DNA of 64,000 nt from an uncultured virus (IMG/VR IMGVR_UViG_3300035682_000007) (IMGVR_UViG_3300035682_000007); one strand, 5' to 3'. Counted from the stretch's first letter, positions 10,026 to 19,769 are shown. Notes: generated by a model not told the origin, from the sequence alone. Numbers and translations are program-made.

Positions 10026-10067
10026 TATTTAAAAATAAATATACTAATTTAAGTTTTTTTGTAAATG
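10021..10067. repeat. 47-bp perfect direct repeat, copy 2
   Basis: Identical to 8813-8859. Confidence 0.95.
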
Positions 10068-10082
10068 ATATGATACATAAAT

Positions 10083-10110
10083 AAAAAACCATCTATGTAG
10101 ATGGTTTTTT
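10083..10110. terminator. Intrinsic terminator
   Basis: AAAAAACCATCTA-TG-TAGATGGTTTTTT. Confidence 0.8.
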
Positions 10111-10120
10111 ATGTTTTTAA

Positions 10121-10654
10121 TTAAAAGTTTCTATCCCAAGTGTATTCATCACTAACCTTAGCAAATCTACTATCTTTTTCAAAATCTAGTCTACCGTATT
10201 TTGGGTCAAAATAACCAACTAAATCAGCATATAAATAAACCTTAAATTTATTAGTATCTTCATCATAAATAGCACCTAATGCTGGATTCGATTTAATGAA
10301 TTTATCAAAATCATTTTTGTTTACTATTCTAACTGAATTAAAATTACCAGAACCTAGTTCTTCACGTAAACCACCTTGGTTAGCCAACTCAAAGTTAAAA
10401 TCATTTGCGTGAAATCTTCTACCACCAAATTCTACAACGTATTCACCACTAGTTTCTCTACCAATATATTCACCTTTTGCACCTGTCATTATTCGTACAA
10501 GCCTACCAATTTCTTTTGGTGGTGCAACCCACACAATTTCATCACCTCTTTTTAGTTCCATTTCTTCTTTAAGAATACCTTTAGATTCTAAATATCTTTG
10601 TTCAGTTAATATATTAACTTTTTGTAGGTTTAATTTTCTATCTATTTTTCTCAT
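10121..10654 (-). CDS. Hypothetical two-domain protein with shared leader; candidate head-packaged cargo
   Basis: Leader MRKIDRKLNLQKVNILTEQRYL. The domains are bounded by ILKE and GLRE. Confidence 0.55.
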   Translation of the reverse strand: MRKIDRKLNLQKVNILTEQRYLESKGILKEEMELKRGDEIVWVAPPKEIGRLVRIMTGAKGEYIGRETSGEYVVEFGGRRFHANDFNFELANQGGLREELGSGNFNSVRIVNKNDFDKFIKSNPALGAIYDEDTNKFKVYLYADLVGYFDPKYGRLDFEKDSRFAKVSDEYTWDRNF

Positions 10655-10662
10655 TGTTTTAT

Positions 10663-11328
10663 TTAATTATTTATTGTTATATTTTTTAAATTTGGTTTAG
10701 CGTTAAATAAATCATCAACACCTTCTTTTATTTGACCACCAAGTGGTTCGTTTTTATATTGTTCAACATATCTTTTAAACCCTTCTATGTCTTTTTCATC
10801 ACCTAATATGTGAATATTTTCTAGGTAAAAAGCTACATAAACAGTATCTGAACCATAATAATCAATAATAGTATCATATCCTTCTTTTCTAAGATATTGG
10901 TTAATAAAATCACTTAATGAATCTTTATAAAAATATTCTGGACTATCTTTTAATTTATTTGCTAATCTACTCCATTCTTTTTTAAGTAATATGTTATTAA
11001 ATGCCATATCAGAATTTATCTTAGCGAATATTATATTATCACCAAACTCACCAACACTATATTCATTATTTCTATCAAAAAAATAAACACCACTTCCATA
11101 TGTACCATCATGAGATAATCTAAAAGAACCACCTTCTAATTCTTTAGCCTTTGTTCCATGATAAAGAATTTTTTTAATATCAGAACTTGGGAAAATAGTA
11201 TCTAAATAACCAGAATATAGTTGTTTAAGTCTATCCTCGTTTTCACCACCATTCAACTCACTCAAATATCTTTGTTCTGTTAATAAGTTAACTTTTTTTA
11301 TGTTTTTAACTTTATCTATTCTTCTCAT
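10663..11328 (-). CDS. ADP-ribosyltransferase-like (ART-PolyVal type) protein with shared leader
   Basis: LYHGT...F...GTYGSGVYF motif. Start moved to 11328 (MRRIDKVK...) because the late motif at 11342-11349 lies inside the track's longer ORF. Confidence 0.65.
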   Translation of the reverse strand: MRRIDKVKNIKKVNLLTEQRYLSELNGGENEDRLKQLYSGYLDTIFPSSDIKKILYHGTKAKELEGGSFRLSHDGTYGSGVYFFDRNNEYSVGEFGDNIIFAKINSDMAFNNILLKKEWSRLANKLKDSPEYFYKDSLSDFINQYLRKEGYDTIIDYYGSDTVYVAFYLENIHILGDEKDIEGFKRYVEQYKNEPLGGQIKEGVDDLFNAKPNLKNITINN

Positions 11329-11360
11329 TTTTAACTTTATTATAAATATTGACATAAAAT

Positions 11361-11387
11361 AAAAAAACCACCTATAAAGATGGTTTT
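11361..11387 (-). terminator. Intrinsic terminator after the tail tube gene
   Basis: Minus strand AAAACCATCT-TTAT-AGGTGGTTTTTTT. Confidence 0.7.
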
Positions 11388-11408
11388 AATATTTATTTTA
11401 GTTATAAA

Positions 11409-11897
11409 TCAGAATAATAAGATTGCTCTGTCAAATCTAAGTGTTGCAGTAACTTCAGCGATACTATCGTCATCCATTGCTAAATCACCAAAACCTACGT
11501 TAGTAAGCATTGTTCCATCTAACAACCATTTTTCGATAACTACCCCAGTTGGGTCAAGCATTTCAAGTTCAACAGGTCTTTTATAACCAGCTGCGTAACC
11601 TTGACGACCTGTAATAGATTCAGAGTGTAAACGTACCCACTCCATAATTGCTTGTGTAGCAGACGGACCAATTGGGTCACGGAATGTTACATCTATTGTT
11701 TCCCAAGTAAATCTACCTAAAACCCATGTAGATGTATTAAGGAATTGAATTTCAACCTCATTTTGAGTGATTGAAGGTCTTGACGCTGTAGATAACCACC
11801 ATTGTTGGATACCTAAATCGGCAGGGAATGTAATTAACCAACGATTCTTTTTTTTCGGCTCATATGGTAAAGGCATTTTCATTAATAAATCGGCCAT
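11409..11897 (-). CDS. Tail tube protein (T4 gp19-like)
   Basis: YEPKKKNRW...ASRPSI...GRFTWETIDVTFRDPI...MEWVR...LEMLDPTGVVIEKWLL...LRFDRA. Confidence 0.9.
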   Translation of the reverse strand: MADLLMKMPLPYEPKKKNRWLITFPADLGIQQWWLSTASRPSITQNEVEIQFLNTSTWVLGRFTWETIDVTFRDPIGPSATQAIMEWVRLHSESITGRQGYAAGYKRPVELEMLDPTGVVIEKWLLDGTMLTNVGFGDLAMDDDSIAEVTATLRFDRAILLF

Positions 11898-11981
11898 AAT
11901 AATTTGTTTTTTTAAATTTTTAATAGTATATTTGCATACTAATATTATTGTTTAAATATAAATATCACAAAATAAAAAAAA

Positions 11982-13469
11982 ATGAATAAAAAAGAAAAAT
12001 TTATTAAAAAGTGTATAAATAAATTTGGTAATAAATTTACTTATACTGAATATATTGATTCTAAAACAAAAATAGAAATAAAATGTAATGAACATAATGA
12101 ATATTTCCATCAAGTTCCAGCTGAACATTTAAGGGGTAAAAACGCTTGTAAATTTTGTAAAAACCCAATTAAAGAAAAAAATAACATAATAAAATTGGCT
12201 AAAAACAGATGTAAAATATTAGGTAATGATAAATTTATTAATAAAGGTAATATAGTCCATAATAATAAATATGATTATTCTAAGGTTACTTATGTTGATT
12301 CTAAAACAAAAATTAAAATTATTTGCCCAATACATGGTGAATTTGAACAATTACCATATTCACATTTAAGAGGTAAAGGGTGTAATCTATGTGGTTATGA
12401 TTTAAGGAGTAATAAATTAAGTTTTGATTCAAATAAATTTATTGTTAATGCTAAAATAGAACATGGTGATAAATATAATTATTCATTGGTTGATTACATT
12501 AAAGCTAAATTACCAATTAAAATTATTTGTCCAATACATGGTGAATTTGAACAAATAGCTGAATATCATGTAAATGGTTCTGGTTGTCAGATATGTGGGC
12601 AAATATATAACAAACAAGAAATTGAAATTAAAGAAATTTTAACAGAACTTTCAATAAAATATATAGAGAATTCAAGAAAAATAATACCACCGTTAGAATT
12701 AGATATTTATATCCCATCACATAATTTAGCTATAGAATACAATGGTTTATATTGGCATTCTGAATTATTTAAAAATAAAAAATATCATTTAAACAAAACT
12801 GAATTATGTGAAAAACAAGGTATTCAATTAATTCATATATTTGAAGATGAATGGTTATTTAAACGTGAGATAGTAAAATCTAGATTATTAAACATACTTG
12901 GATTAACACAAAATAAAATATATGGTAGAAAAACACAAATTAAAGAAGTTTCAGTTAAAGATAGTCGTAAATTTCTTAATGATAACCATATCCAAGGTAA
13001 CATTAATTCAAGTATTAAAATAGGTTTATATTATGAAGATGAATTAGTTTCTTTAATGACGTTTGGTGGGTTAAGAAAATTAATGGGTAGTAAATCTGAA
13101 GAAGGTGTTTATGAATTATATAGATTTTGTAATAAATTGAATACTAATATTATTGGTGGTGCTGATAAATTACTTAAATATTTCATAAAAACACATCAAC
13201 CAAAACAAATAATAAGTTATGCTGATAGAAGATGGTCACAAGGTGATTTATATAAAAAATTAGGTTTTGAATTTATTCACTATTCCCAACCATCTTATTT
13301 CTATATCATTGGTAAAATACGAAAACATAGATTTGGTTTTAGAAAACATTTTTTAAAAAAACAAGGTTTTGATATTGAAAATAAAACAGAACATGAAATA
13401 ATGTTAGAAAGAAAAATTTATAGAATATATGATTGTGGTACAATAACATATAAATTAAAATTATGTTAA
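11982..13469 (+). CDS. Hef-like homing endonuclease (Zn-finger repeats, Vsr/PD-(D/E)xK-like nuclease, GNAT-like C-terminal region)
   Basis: Three YDYS..Y....KIKIICPIHGEFEQ...H..G.GC-like repeats, ELDIYIPSHNLAIEYNGLYWH and SYADRRWSQG; antisense to its neighbours. Confidence 0.8.
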   Translation: MNKKEKFIKKCINKFGNKFTYTEYIDSKTKIEIKCNEHNEYFHQVPAEHLRGKNACKFCKNPIKEKNNIIKLAKNRCKILGNDKFINKGNIVHNNKYDYSKVTYVDSKTKIKIICPIHGEFEQLPYSHLRGKGCNLCGYDLRSNKLSFDSNKFIVNAKIEHGDKYNYSLVDYIKAKLPIKIICPIHGEFEQIAEYHVNGSGCQICGQIYNKQEIEIKEILTELSIKYIENSRKIIPPLELDIYIPSHNLAIEYNGLYWHSELFKNKKYHLNKTELCEKQGIQLIHIFEDEWLFKREIVKSRLLNILGLTQNKIYGRKTQIKEVSVKDSRKFLNDNHIQGNINSSIKIGLYYEDELVSLMTFGGLRKLMGSKSEEGVYELYRFCNKLNTNIIGGADKLLKYFIKTHQPKQIISYADRRWSQGDLYKKLGFEFIHYSQPSYFYIIGKIRKHRFGFRKHFLKKQGFDIENKTEHEIMLERKIYRIYDCGTITYKLKLC

Positions 13470-13480
13470 GTTAGAATATT

Positions 13481-15946
13481 CTAACTTAACATAATTTTTT
13501 TAATTCTTTTTATTTCTTCCATCAATTTAATGTTCTCTTTTAAATCCAAACCATATTGACCTTTTTCATCTGGTTGTGGTTGTTTTTGTCCGTTGGTTTT
13601 TTGTTGTGGTGTATATTGTTGTGACGTATCTTGTCTTGCAATTTCACCACCTCTAGTTTTATGTAAATATTGAAATAATCCCATAATAGTAGTCAAGAAA
13701 TTCACCAAGTTACTTTTAAATTTTCCCATGTCATTAGCAGCATCAATAAAAGCATCATTAGGTTGCGATGCGTTATAACCAGCAGCTTCAGTAACTTTAT
13801 TAATATTACCACCACCTAAAGTAGCCATCTTATCAACCATGTTTCCAAATTTATAATTACCAGAGTATATTGCTAATAAAACTTCGTTGATAAAAGCTGA
13901 TAATTGTTTAATATCTTCAGGGTCTTTAGGGTTAACTTCAGTAAGATAACTAAATTTTGTTAACATAATTGGGTTTGAATTCAATTGTTTTAAGAAATTG
14001 TTTATATTTGAATCAGTAGTTCGCCCAGCCATCTTTTTAAGTACGTTTCTAAGATATTCTACTCTAGTTAATAAATTTTCAAAATTTTTAATTTTATCAG
14101 CACCTAAAGTTTTTGTTAAATATTGAAGAACATATTTATCATTGATAAATTTACCTTCATTCAAAGGAGCTTGTGCAAGTGCATTATTAGTACCTGTATT
14201 AAATTCTGATTTATCACCCATACTTTTTTTATTGTTAACAATAAATTGGAATAGGTTTTTTAAATCATTATATAAATCATTATTAGTTGTATCTTCACTT
14301 CCTGTATCTGTTGTTGGATTTGTTCCAGCACCAGCACCAGTATCAGTTCCTGTAGCTGGGTTTGTATCATTAGGTGTTCCAGCACCACCTGTAGATGTTA
14401 CATCACCAGTATTTTTATTCATACCAGTAATATTACCTATACCATTTCCTGTTTGTGTTCCAGTACGTGCATTAACATCAGTATCATCATTTGGAATATC
14501 TAACTCAATTTCTCCACTACCTGTTTCATCACCTGTTGGTGACGGGACTAACCCTACACCACCACCTAATCCACGCATAGATTGATACAATGCATTAAGA
14601 GTAGCTGCTCTAGATGATTTTTGACCTTTCATTCTAAATAATTTAACCAAAGCTCCAGTAGCCAACAATCCAATACCAACACCTGCTAATATAGGTCCTA
14701 AACCTACTATTTTACCAACCAAGGCAGTACTAGCAGTTTTAACAACTGCTTTTGTTGCTTGTTTAACAACTATTTTAGCAAAAAATGAAGCTGCACCACT
14801 TACACCAAATAAACCTTGACCATCTTTCATACTACCAAAAGTTTGGTCGGCTTTATTGAATAAATCACCCATACTAGCTTGAGGGTTCGAACCAACTAAT
14901 TCTTGCAATTTTGTCATTTGACCCATTGCATCACCACCACCATTTCCATCAAACATATGACTAACGTTTTCAGCACCATATTTATTGATAAATTGTTGCA
15001 TATCAGCACCAGTTGTGATATCTTTACCCATGATTTTACTAGCCCAGTGCACAAAACCTTTAGAATCTGGTGCTCCACCAAGAACGTCTTTAGTTACTGC
15101 TGGTGTTTGAATAATTTTACTAGTAGTTAAAACACTTTCTAACCATGTTTTAAACCATTCAGTTTGAGCAATCCAACCCAATGCACCTAATGCCGCACCA
15201 GATGCAGCTAATATCAAAGGTAATTTATTAGATTTAAGAGTATCCATTCTGGTACTATCAAAATCTTCACCATCACCTCTTTTCGCTTGTAAACCAGCTC
15301 TAACATCACCAGCATCAATAGGTTCTTCTTCTTCAGCTTCATTAAAACCAAAATATTCATCAATACTTCTTAATTGTTCTTCATCAAGAGTATATTCTTC
15401 ATTCATTATCTCATTATGACCTAAATTATCTTCATTTTCATCCAAACCAGAATAAACAGCAGCTAAATCAGTGTCTAAGTATTTTTTAGTATATTCTCTT
15501 AAATCACCAATAATACTATTAGCAGCATCAATTGGCATATATCCTTGTTCTTCTGGAGATAGTTTGGTTGCAGCAACAATTGAATCGTATATTGCAGCAA
15601 TTTCCATAATAGTAGTTAAAAATTGTTGTGGGTCTTTATTATTAGGAAATTCAGGATTTTCTTCTCTGATTTTAGAATCTAAGTTTTTAATTAATTCATT
15701 ACCTTCTTTATCTATAATTTGTTGAATTTTTCTAGCGGCTTCTTGGTCAATTTTGCTTTTACCAAGAATTTTACCATTAGCTTTGTATCTACCTAATTTA
15801 GATAGGCCATATTTTACAGAGTCCCAAAACCCTTCATCCAATCTTTCACCTACTTCTACGGAATCAATTTTTTGGATTGTTTCTCTAAGTATTTGGTTAA
15901 TAAGAACAATGTGTTGTTGTTCTGTAAGTATAATTTTTTTAGCCAT
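13481..15946 (-). CDS. Large late protein, candidate head-internal/ejected protein with hydrophobic helices
   Basis: Leader MAKKIILTEQQH, many LxE sites, two Gly/Ala-rich hydrophobic segments, C-terminal LMEEIKRIKKIM. Confidence 0.5.
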   Translation of the reverse strand: MAKKIILTEQQHIVLINQILRETIQKIDSVEVGERLDEGFWDSVKYGLSKLGRYKANGKILGKSKIDQEAARKIQQIIDKEGNELIKNLDSKIREENPEFPNNKDPQQFLTTIMEIAAIYDSIVAATKLSPEEQGYMPIDAANSIIGDLREYTKKYLDTDLAAVYSGLDENEDNLGHNEIMNEEYTLDEEQLRSIDEYFGFNEAEEEEPIDAGDVRAGLQAKRGDGEDFDSTRMDTLKSNKLPLILAASGAALGALGWIAQTEWFKTWLESVLTTSKIIQTPAVTKDVLGGAPDSKGFVHWASKIMGKDITTGADMQQFINKYGAENVSHMFDGNGGGDAMGQMTKLQELVGSNPQASMGDLFNKADQTFGSMKDGQGLFGVSGAASFFAKIVVKQATKAVVKTASTALVGKIVGLGPILAGVGIGLLATGALVKLFRMKGQKSSRAATLNALYQSMRGLGGGVGLVPSPTGDETGSGEIELDIPNDDTDVNARTGTQTGNGIGNITGMNKNTGDVTSTGGAGTPNDTNPATGTDTGAGAGTNPTTDTGSEDTTNNDLYNDLKNLFQFIVNNKKSMGDKSEFNTGTNNALAQAPLNEGKFINDKYVLQYLTKTLGADKIKNFENLLTRVEYLRNVLKKMAGRTTDSNINNFLKQLNSNPIMLTKFSYLTEVNPKDPEDIKQLSAFINEVLLAIYSGNYKFGNMVDKMATLGGGNINKVTEAAGYNASQPNDAFIDAANDMGKFKSNLVNFLTTIMGLFQYLHKTRGGEIARQDTSQQYTPQQKTNGQKQPQPDEKGQYGLDLKENIKLMEEIKRIKKIMLS

Positions 15947-16016
15947 TTTAAACTTTTTATTATAAATATTTGATTATTGATTAAAAGTTAGTATATTTGC
16001 AAATAAAACCATTATT

Positions 16017-16325
16017 ATGAAAATAACTGAAAGAGAATTATTAATTAAATACAATTTAACAATTGATAAAATTCTAGATGAATGTGATTGGAAAACACAT
16101 TTTATAAGTCAAGAAATTTGTGGTATTGTTTGTGATATATTAACTAAAAATGGTGAACCATTATCAATAACACCACAAACACTTTATGAAATTTATAGTC
16201 AAAAAGTTAAAGATTTAAATATAAGTGATGAATTATGGCGTGAAAACTACGGTGTAAAAGAAATCATATCAATTATTTATGAAATACTTATTTCCCTAGA
16301 TGATGTAGATTCACAAGTTCTTTAG
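16017..16325 (+). CDS. Hypothetical protein (102 aa)
   Basis: ORF with a TATATTTG promoter at 15992. Confidence 0.65.
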   Translation: MKITERELLIKYNLTIDKILDECDWKTHFISQEICGIVCDILTKNGEPLSITPQTLYEIYSQKVKDLNISDELWRENYGVKEIISIIYEILISLDDVDSQVL

Positions 16326-16701
16326 AACCTAATTTAACATCAAAACCATTTTCTTTTGCTAATTTATTAAATTTAGGTATAAGTTTACCTTTATCATCAA
16401 ATAATTTCTTTGTTGGGTCTGGCATACCTTTAACTTCAAAAGAACTTATTAATTCTTTTAATTTATTTTCTGAAGATAATATATCTTTTATTTCTTGAAA
16501 TGTTTTTTGGTCTTTTAATGCCTTTTCCGCTTTGATTTTATTATGACCGCTAATGTTGAACCCTAATAGAGTTCCGAGGGCTAAAAGTATCGTCAAATCA
16601 ACTGTAATAGCTTTCTCGCTTTCATTTATAGAAACCTTAGCTTGTTTCACATGCTCAAGTATTGCATGATATTGTTTTTCGGTAATAATTAACTTTGCCA
16701 T
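16288..16701 (-). CDS. Hypothetical late protein with shared leader
   Basis: MAKLIITEKQY...SINES; late motif at 16716-16723. Confidence 0.55.
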   Translation of the reverse strand: MAKLIITEKQYHAILEHVKQAKVSINESEKAITVDLTILLALGTLLGFNISGHNKIKAEKALKDQKTFQEIKDILSSENKLKELISSFEVKGMPDPTKKLFDDKGKLIPKFNKLAKENGFDVKLGSKELVNLHHLGK

Positions 16702-16734
16702 AATATTGTTTTAGTATAAATATCTATATAAAAT

Positions 16735-16759
16735 AAAAAAACCCTCTTTTGGAGGGTTT
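16735..16759 (-). terminator. Intrinsic terminator after the sheath gene
   Basis: AAACCCTC-TTTTG-GAGGGTTT with a T tail on the minus strand. Confidence 0.75.
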
Positions 16760-16781
16760 AATTATTTGGTTATTATTTTAG

Positions 16782-19634
16782 TTAGATATTTGAGAAAGAT
16801 GCACCAGTGTTCATAATTACAAATTCTAATTGGATAAATTCTAAAGCACGTGTTGGTTTCAAGAATATTTGTCCAGTTAATTGATTTCTATCAATATCTT
16901 CTGGGCTGTTTGAAAGCACCACTCTAAAGTCTGTAAGACCTCTTTCACTCCTAATGTTATCTAAGATTGGATTAACAAGTCCTAAGAATTGATTTCTAAC
17001 AACTGAATCGTTTTGTTCGAAAAGAAGTCTGATAGATACAGCAGAAATAAGTTTTCTTGCTTGTAATAAAAGTCTTCTAACGTTGATACGATTAAGAGCA
17101 GATTCTTTAACTTGAAGAGTTTTGTTACCCCAAATTTTAATACCATCACTAGTAAATGTTGCGATAGGATTGATTCTATTTTCGTATAGATTATCTCTTT
17201 CAGCAAGAGTAAGTTTTTTACGAGCTTTAATAGCATCGACATCACCACGTTGAATACCTGCAGCTGCAAACCATGGGAATGCAATATTATCAGTTAATGC
17301 AATGTTTCTTACAACATCTCTTGTTGGTGGAACATAAATCAATACATTATTTTCGGTATCATTTATTTGTATCCATGGCCAATAAGTACATGTATAGTTA
17401 CTATCGTAGTTACCATCCATTATATCAACAGCTTCTTGAGCACTTAATTCAGCACCATTTCCATAATCTGGAGTTGTTACAATATAAAGTGAATCAGCTC
17501 TTTCCTCTTCAATCATTTCAATTGCTGCTTCAACCAAGTTAGTGTTATCAAATGTATCAATACCAGGTGTAGCAAATACATTAATATTTACAGCTTCTGG
17601 ATTTTCAAATGTTTTAATAGCTTCTAAATAAGCGTAATAATCAGAATTAATACCTGTATCACCATTATTAAGTGTTCTATATTTGAATGCTTCCGAAATT
17701 CTTCCGTTAATACCATCTTTTTGACTAACTAAGAAATCATCAGTATTACTTCTTCTGGTTCTATAAATATCCCATCCATCATAACCACCGTATGGTGCGA
17801 ATGTGAATTTACGAGCAAATATTTTTTCATAATCAGTTCCAACTAAACCATTATCTGTTCTAAATGGAGCATTACCTGTTTGGAATTCAAATATTGGACT
17901 ATATGTACCACCTGTTGGGTTATTTGGATTAATTAAATAATTAACATCATCAATAGTAACACCTGAAGCATCAATATCCATGTGGAAACCTGAAGTTAAA
18001 CCAGTCCATGCATCACCAGATTTATACTTACCTTTGTAATCAAAGAAATCTGAATCAATACCTTGTGTTTCTGAAAGACCTAAATAATATTTACGTTTAT
18101 TTTCAAATTCACCATAAACTGTTTTAAATGTCATAATTGGATTAATAACATCAGATTTACCATTTGTTTGATAATCTCTAATTGGATAACCAACAAAACC
18201 TGCTGGGAATGCTTCTGTTGTATCAGATTCTTCATCTAATTCAACAAGAACATAAGAAGATTTTGATGTATATAAACCATCTAGAGTACCAATTCTTCTA
18301 CCAATAAAGTTAGCTGAAGTTGGGTCCATTGTACAACGACTGAATGATTCTAATATAGTTGGACGTGCATCTGTATCATAGAAACCTCTAACCAATACGT
18401 CAAATTCTCTAGCATCTGGTTTAATATTAACAATCGAAATTTTAAATTGTTCATTTGCAGCATTACCATCAGAAATAGTAATAAATCTGAAAAGTCTTAA
18501 TACTTTATTACCACGTAATTCAGAAACAACATATGGAGTTTGAGCTGGTTGATATTCATCACGATATTCTTCAAAATCTTTGTCGTATTCAATTAATGTT
18601 TGTTTAAGACCTCTTACTTTATTCAAAGCGATTGCATCATTTAACATATTAGGGAAGTATTCTTCTAAGAATAAAGCAGTTTTACCATCTTGAGCACCTC
18701 TACCTAAAACTCTAGGTAAATAATTCATTTTAGTACTATCTAAAGATACTGTATAATTAAATAAACCTTGAAGACTAGAATTACCGCTTAATGAAAAATC
18801 ACCTAATGGGTTTTCAGTTGAATCAGTATAAGCTGGGTCAATTTGAACATTATATGAATCACCAGAAACTTCAAAATTAGGTAATTGATTAGTTGTATTA
18901 ATACTACCTCTAGAACGTAATAAACCAACTATTTGGTTATCAACATCAGCATAAGGAGTACCTGTATAAGTTATTGTTACACCACTAGTTTTACCTGTAA
19001 TATAAATACCGCTAGTACCTTTAGCTATTAAAGTTGTACTAAATGATTCACCTTCAAATGTGTTATCACCTTTTTTATACATTAATAAATCTACATTTAT
19101 AACCACACCAACATTTTTACTACCAATTGAACCTAATGCGGTTGTTAATAAACCTTCATTCCAAAGATTTTGAATTATTGGGTCACTACTTGAAAATGAA
19201 GTAATAACACTAGTAGTACCAGTTGTTGCTGTAAAATTAAATAATGTAGCTACTGGTGTTGATGGAACTGAAACAACTTCAGTTTCTGGGTCTACATCAG
19301 CATCTAGAGCAATACCCCATGCTGAACCAGCTTTATAACCAGAAAAACCTAATATTCTAGTTACAAATAATTGATTTGCTTGTGATAAATATGATTTTGC
19401 AATATATGGTAACTCATATTGTGGAGCACCAGTATCTTTTACTTTAGTAGCATTTAAACCACCAAAGAAAGATTGGAATTCACCATAATTAGTTATAAAT
19501 ATTGGTTGGAATGCAGGGCCAATTGTTGTTTCACCTACTAAACCAAGAGTTGTTACACCAACTTGTCTTGTGATGAAAGAGATGTCTTTTTCTGAAGTAT
19601 AAACCCCAGGACTTACGAATACATTTTGTGACAT
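16782..19634 (-). CDS. Tail sheath protein (T4 gp18-like)
   Basis: N-terminal FVSPGVYTSEKD; C-terminal FPWFAAAG..RG, RDNLYENRINPI, IWGNKTLQ...RINVRRLL, IFLKPTRALEFI. Confidence 0.95.
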   Translation of the reverse strand: MSQNVFVSPGVYTSEKDISFITRQVGVTTLGLVGETTIGPAFQPIFITNYGEFQSFFGGLNATKVKDTGAPQYELPYIAKSYLSQANQLFVTRILGFSGYKAGSAWGIALDADVDPETEVVSVPSTPVATLFNFTATTGTTSVITSFSSSDPIIQNLWNEGLLTTALGSIGSKNVGVVINVDLLMYKKGDNTFEGESFSTTLIAKGTSGIYITGKTSGVTITYTGTPYADVDNQIVGLLRSRGSINTTNQLPNFEVSGDSYNVQIDPAYTDSTENPLGDFSLSGNSSLQGLFNYTVSLDSTKMNYLPRVLGRGAQDGKTALFLEEYFPNMLNDAIALNKVRGLKQTLIEYDKDFEEYRDEYQPAQTPYVVSELRGNKVLRLFRFITISDGNAANEQFKISIVNIKPDAREFDVLVRGFYDTDARPTILESFSRCTMDPTSANFIGRRIGTLDGLYTSKSSYVLVELDEESDTTEAFPAGFVGYPIRDYQTNGKSDVINPIMTFKTVYGEFENKRKYYLGLSETQGIDSDFFDYKGKYKSGDAWTGLTSGFHMDIDASGVTIDDVNYLINPNNPTGGTYSPIFEFQTGNAPFRTDNGLVGTDYEKIFARKFTFAPYGGYDGWDIYRTRRSNTDDFLVSQKDGINGRISEAFKYRTLNNGDTGINSDYYAYLEAIKTFENPEAVNINVFATPGIDTFDNTNLVEAAIEMIEEERADSLYIVTTPDYGNGAELSAQEAVDIMDGNYDSNYTCTYWPWIQINDTENNVLIYVPPTRDVVRNIALTDNIAFPWFAAAGIQRGDVDAIKARKKLTLAERDNLYENRINPIATFTSDGIKIWGNKTLQVKESALNRINVRRLLLQARKLISAVSIRLLFEQNDSVVRNQFLGLVNPILDNIRSERGLTDFRVVLSNSPEDIDRNQLTGQIFLKPTRALEFIQLEFVIMNTGASFSNI

Positions 19635-19683
19635 ATTGTTTGTTTTTGTTTATGTTATTATTTACTTTATTCTATTCTTTATT

Positions 19684-19691
19684 ATAAATAT
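19684..19691 (-). promoter_or_regulatory. Late-promoter motif ATATTTAT (representative site)
   Basis: The same 8-mer is on the coding strand shortly before virion genes at 3373, 7125, 8827, 11342, 11958, 15962, 16716, 22846, 38144, 41471, 59475, 63493 (minus) and 44757, 63515 (plus). Confidence 0.75.
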
Positions 19692-19738
19692 TCAGTTTTT
19701 TTCAAAAGAGATATGTAAAATGAATAATAATTTCTTTT

Positions 19739-19769
19739 AGTATGATTTTTTTCATACTTTTGTCATACT
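19739..19769. promoter_or_regulatory. Putative operator: AGTATGA-N6-TCATACT plus a third TCATACT half-site
   Basis: 7-bp inverted repeat and an 11-bp-spaced direct repeat, immediately upstream of TTTACA-N17-TATATT driving 19810. Confidence 0.55.

Noticed and set aside
11329..11355. Track start at 11355 for the ART-like gene
   Set aside because: It overlaps the late motif; the ATG at 11328 aligns with the neighbour's leader
1..19634. Sheath/tube/baseplate cluster as a bacterial eCIS or tailocin
   Set aside because: Linked neck genes, PolB, helicase, homing endonucleases and phage-style late motifs indicate a phage genome
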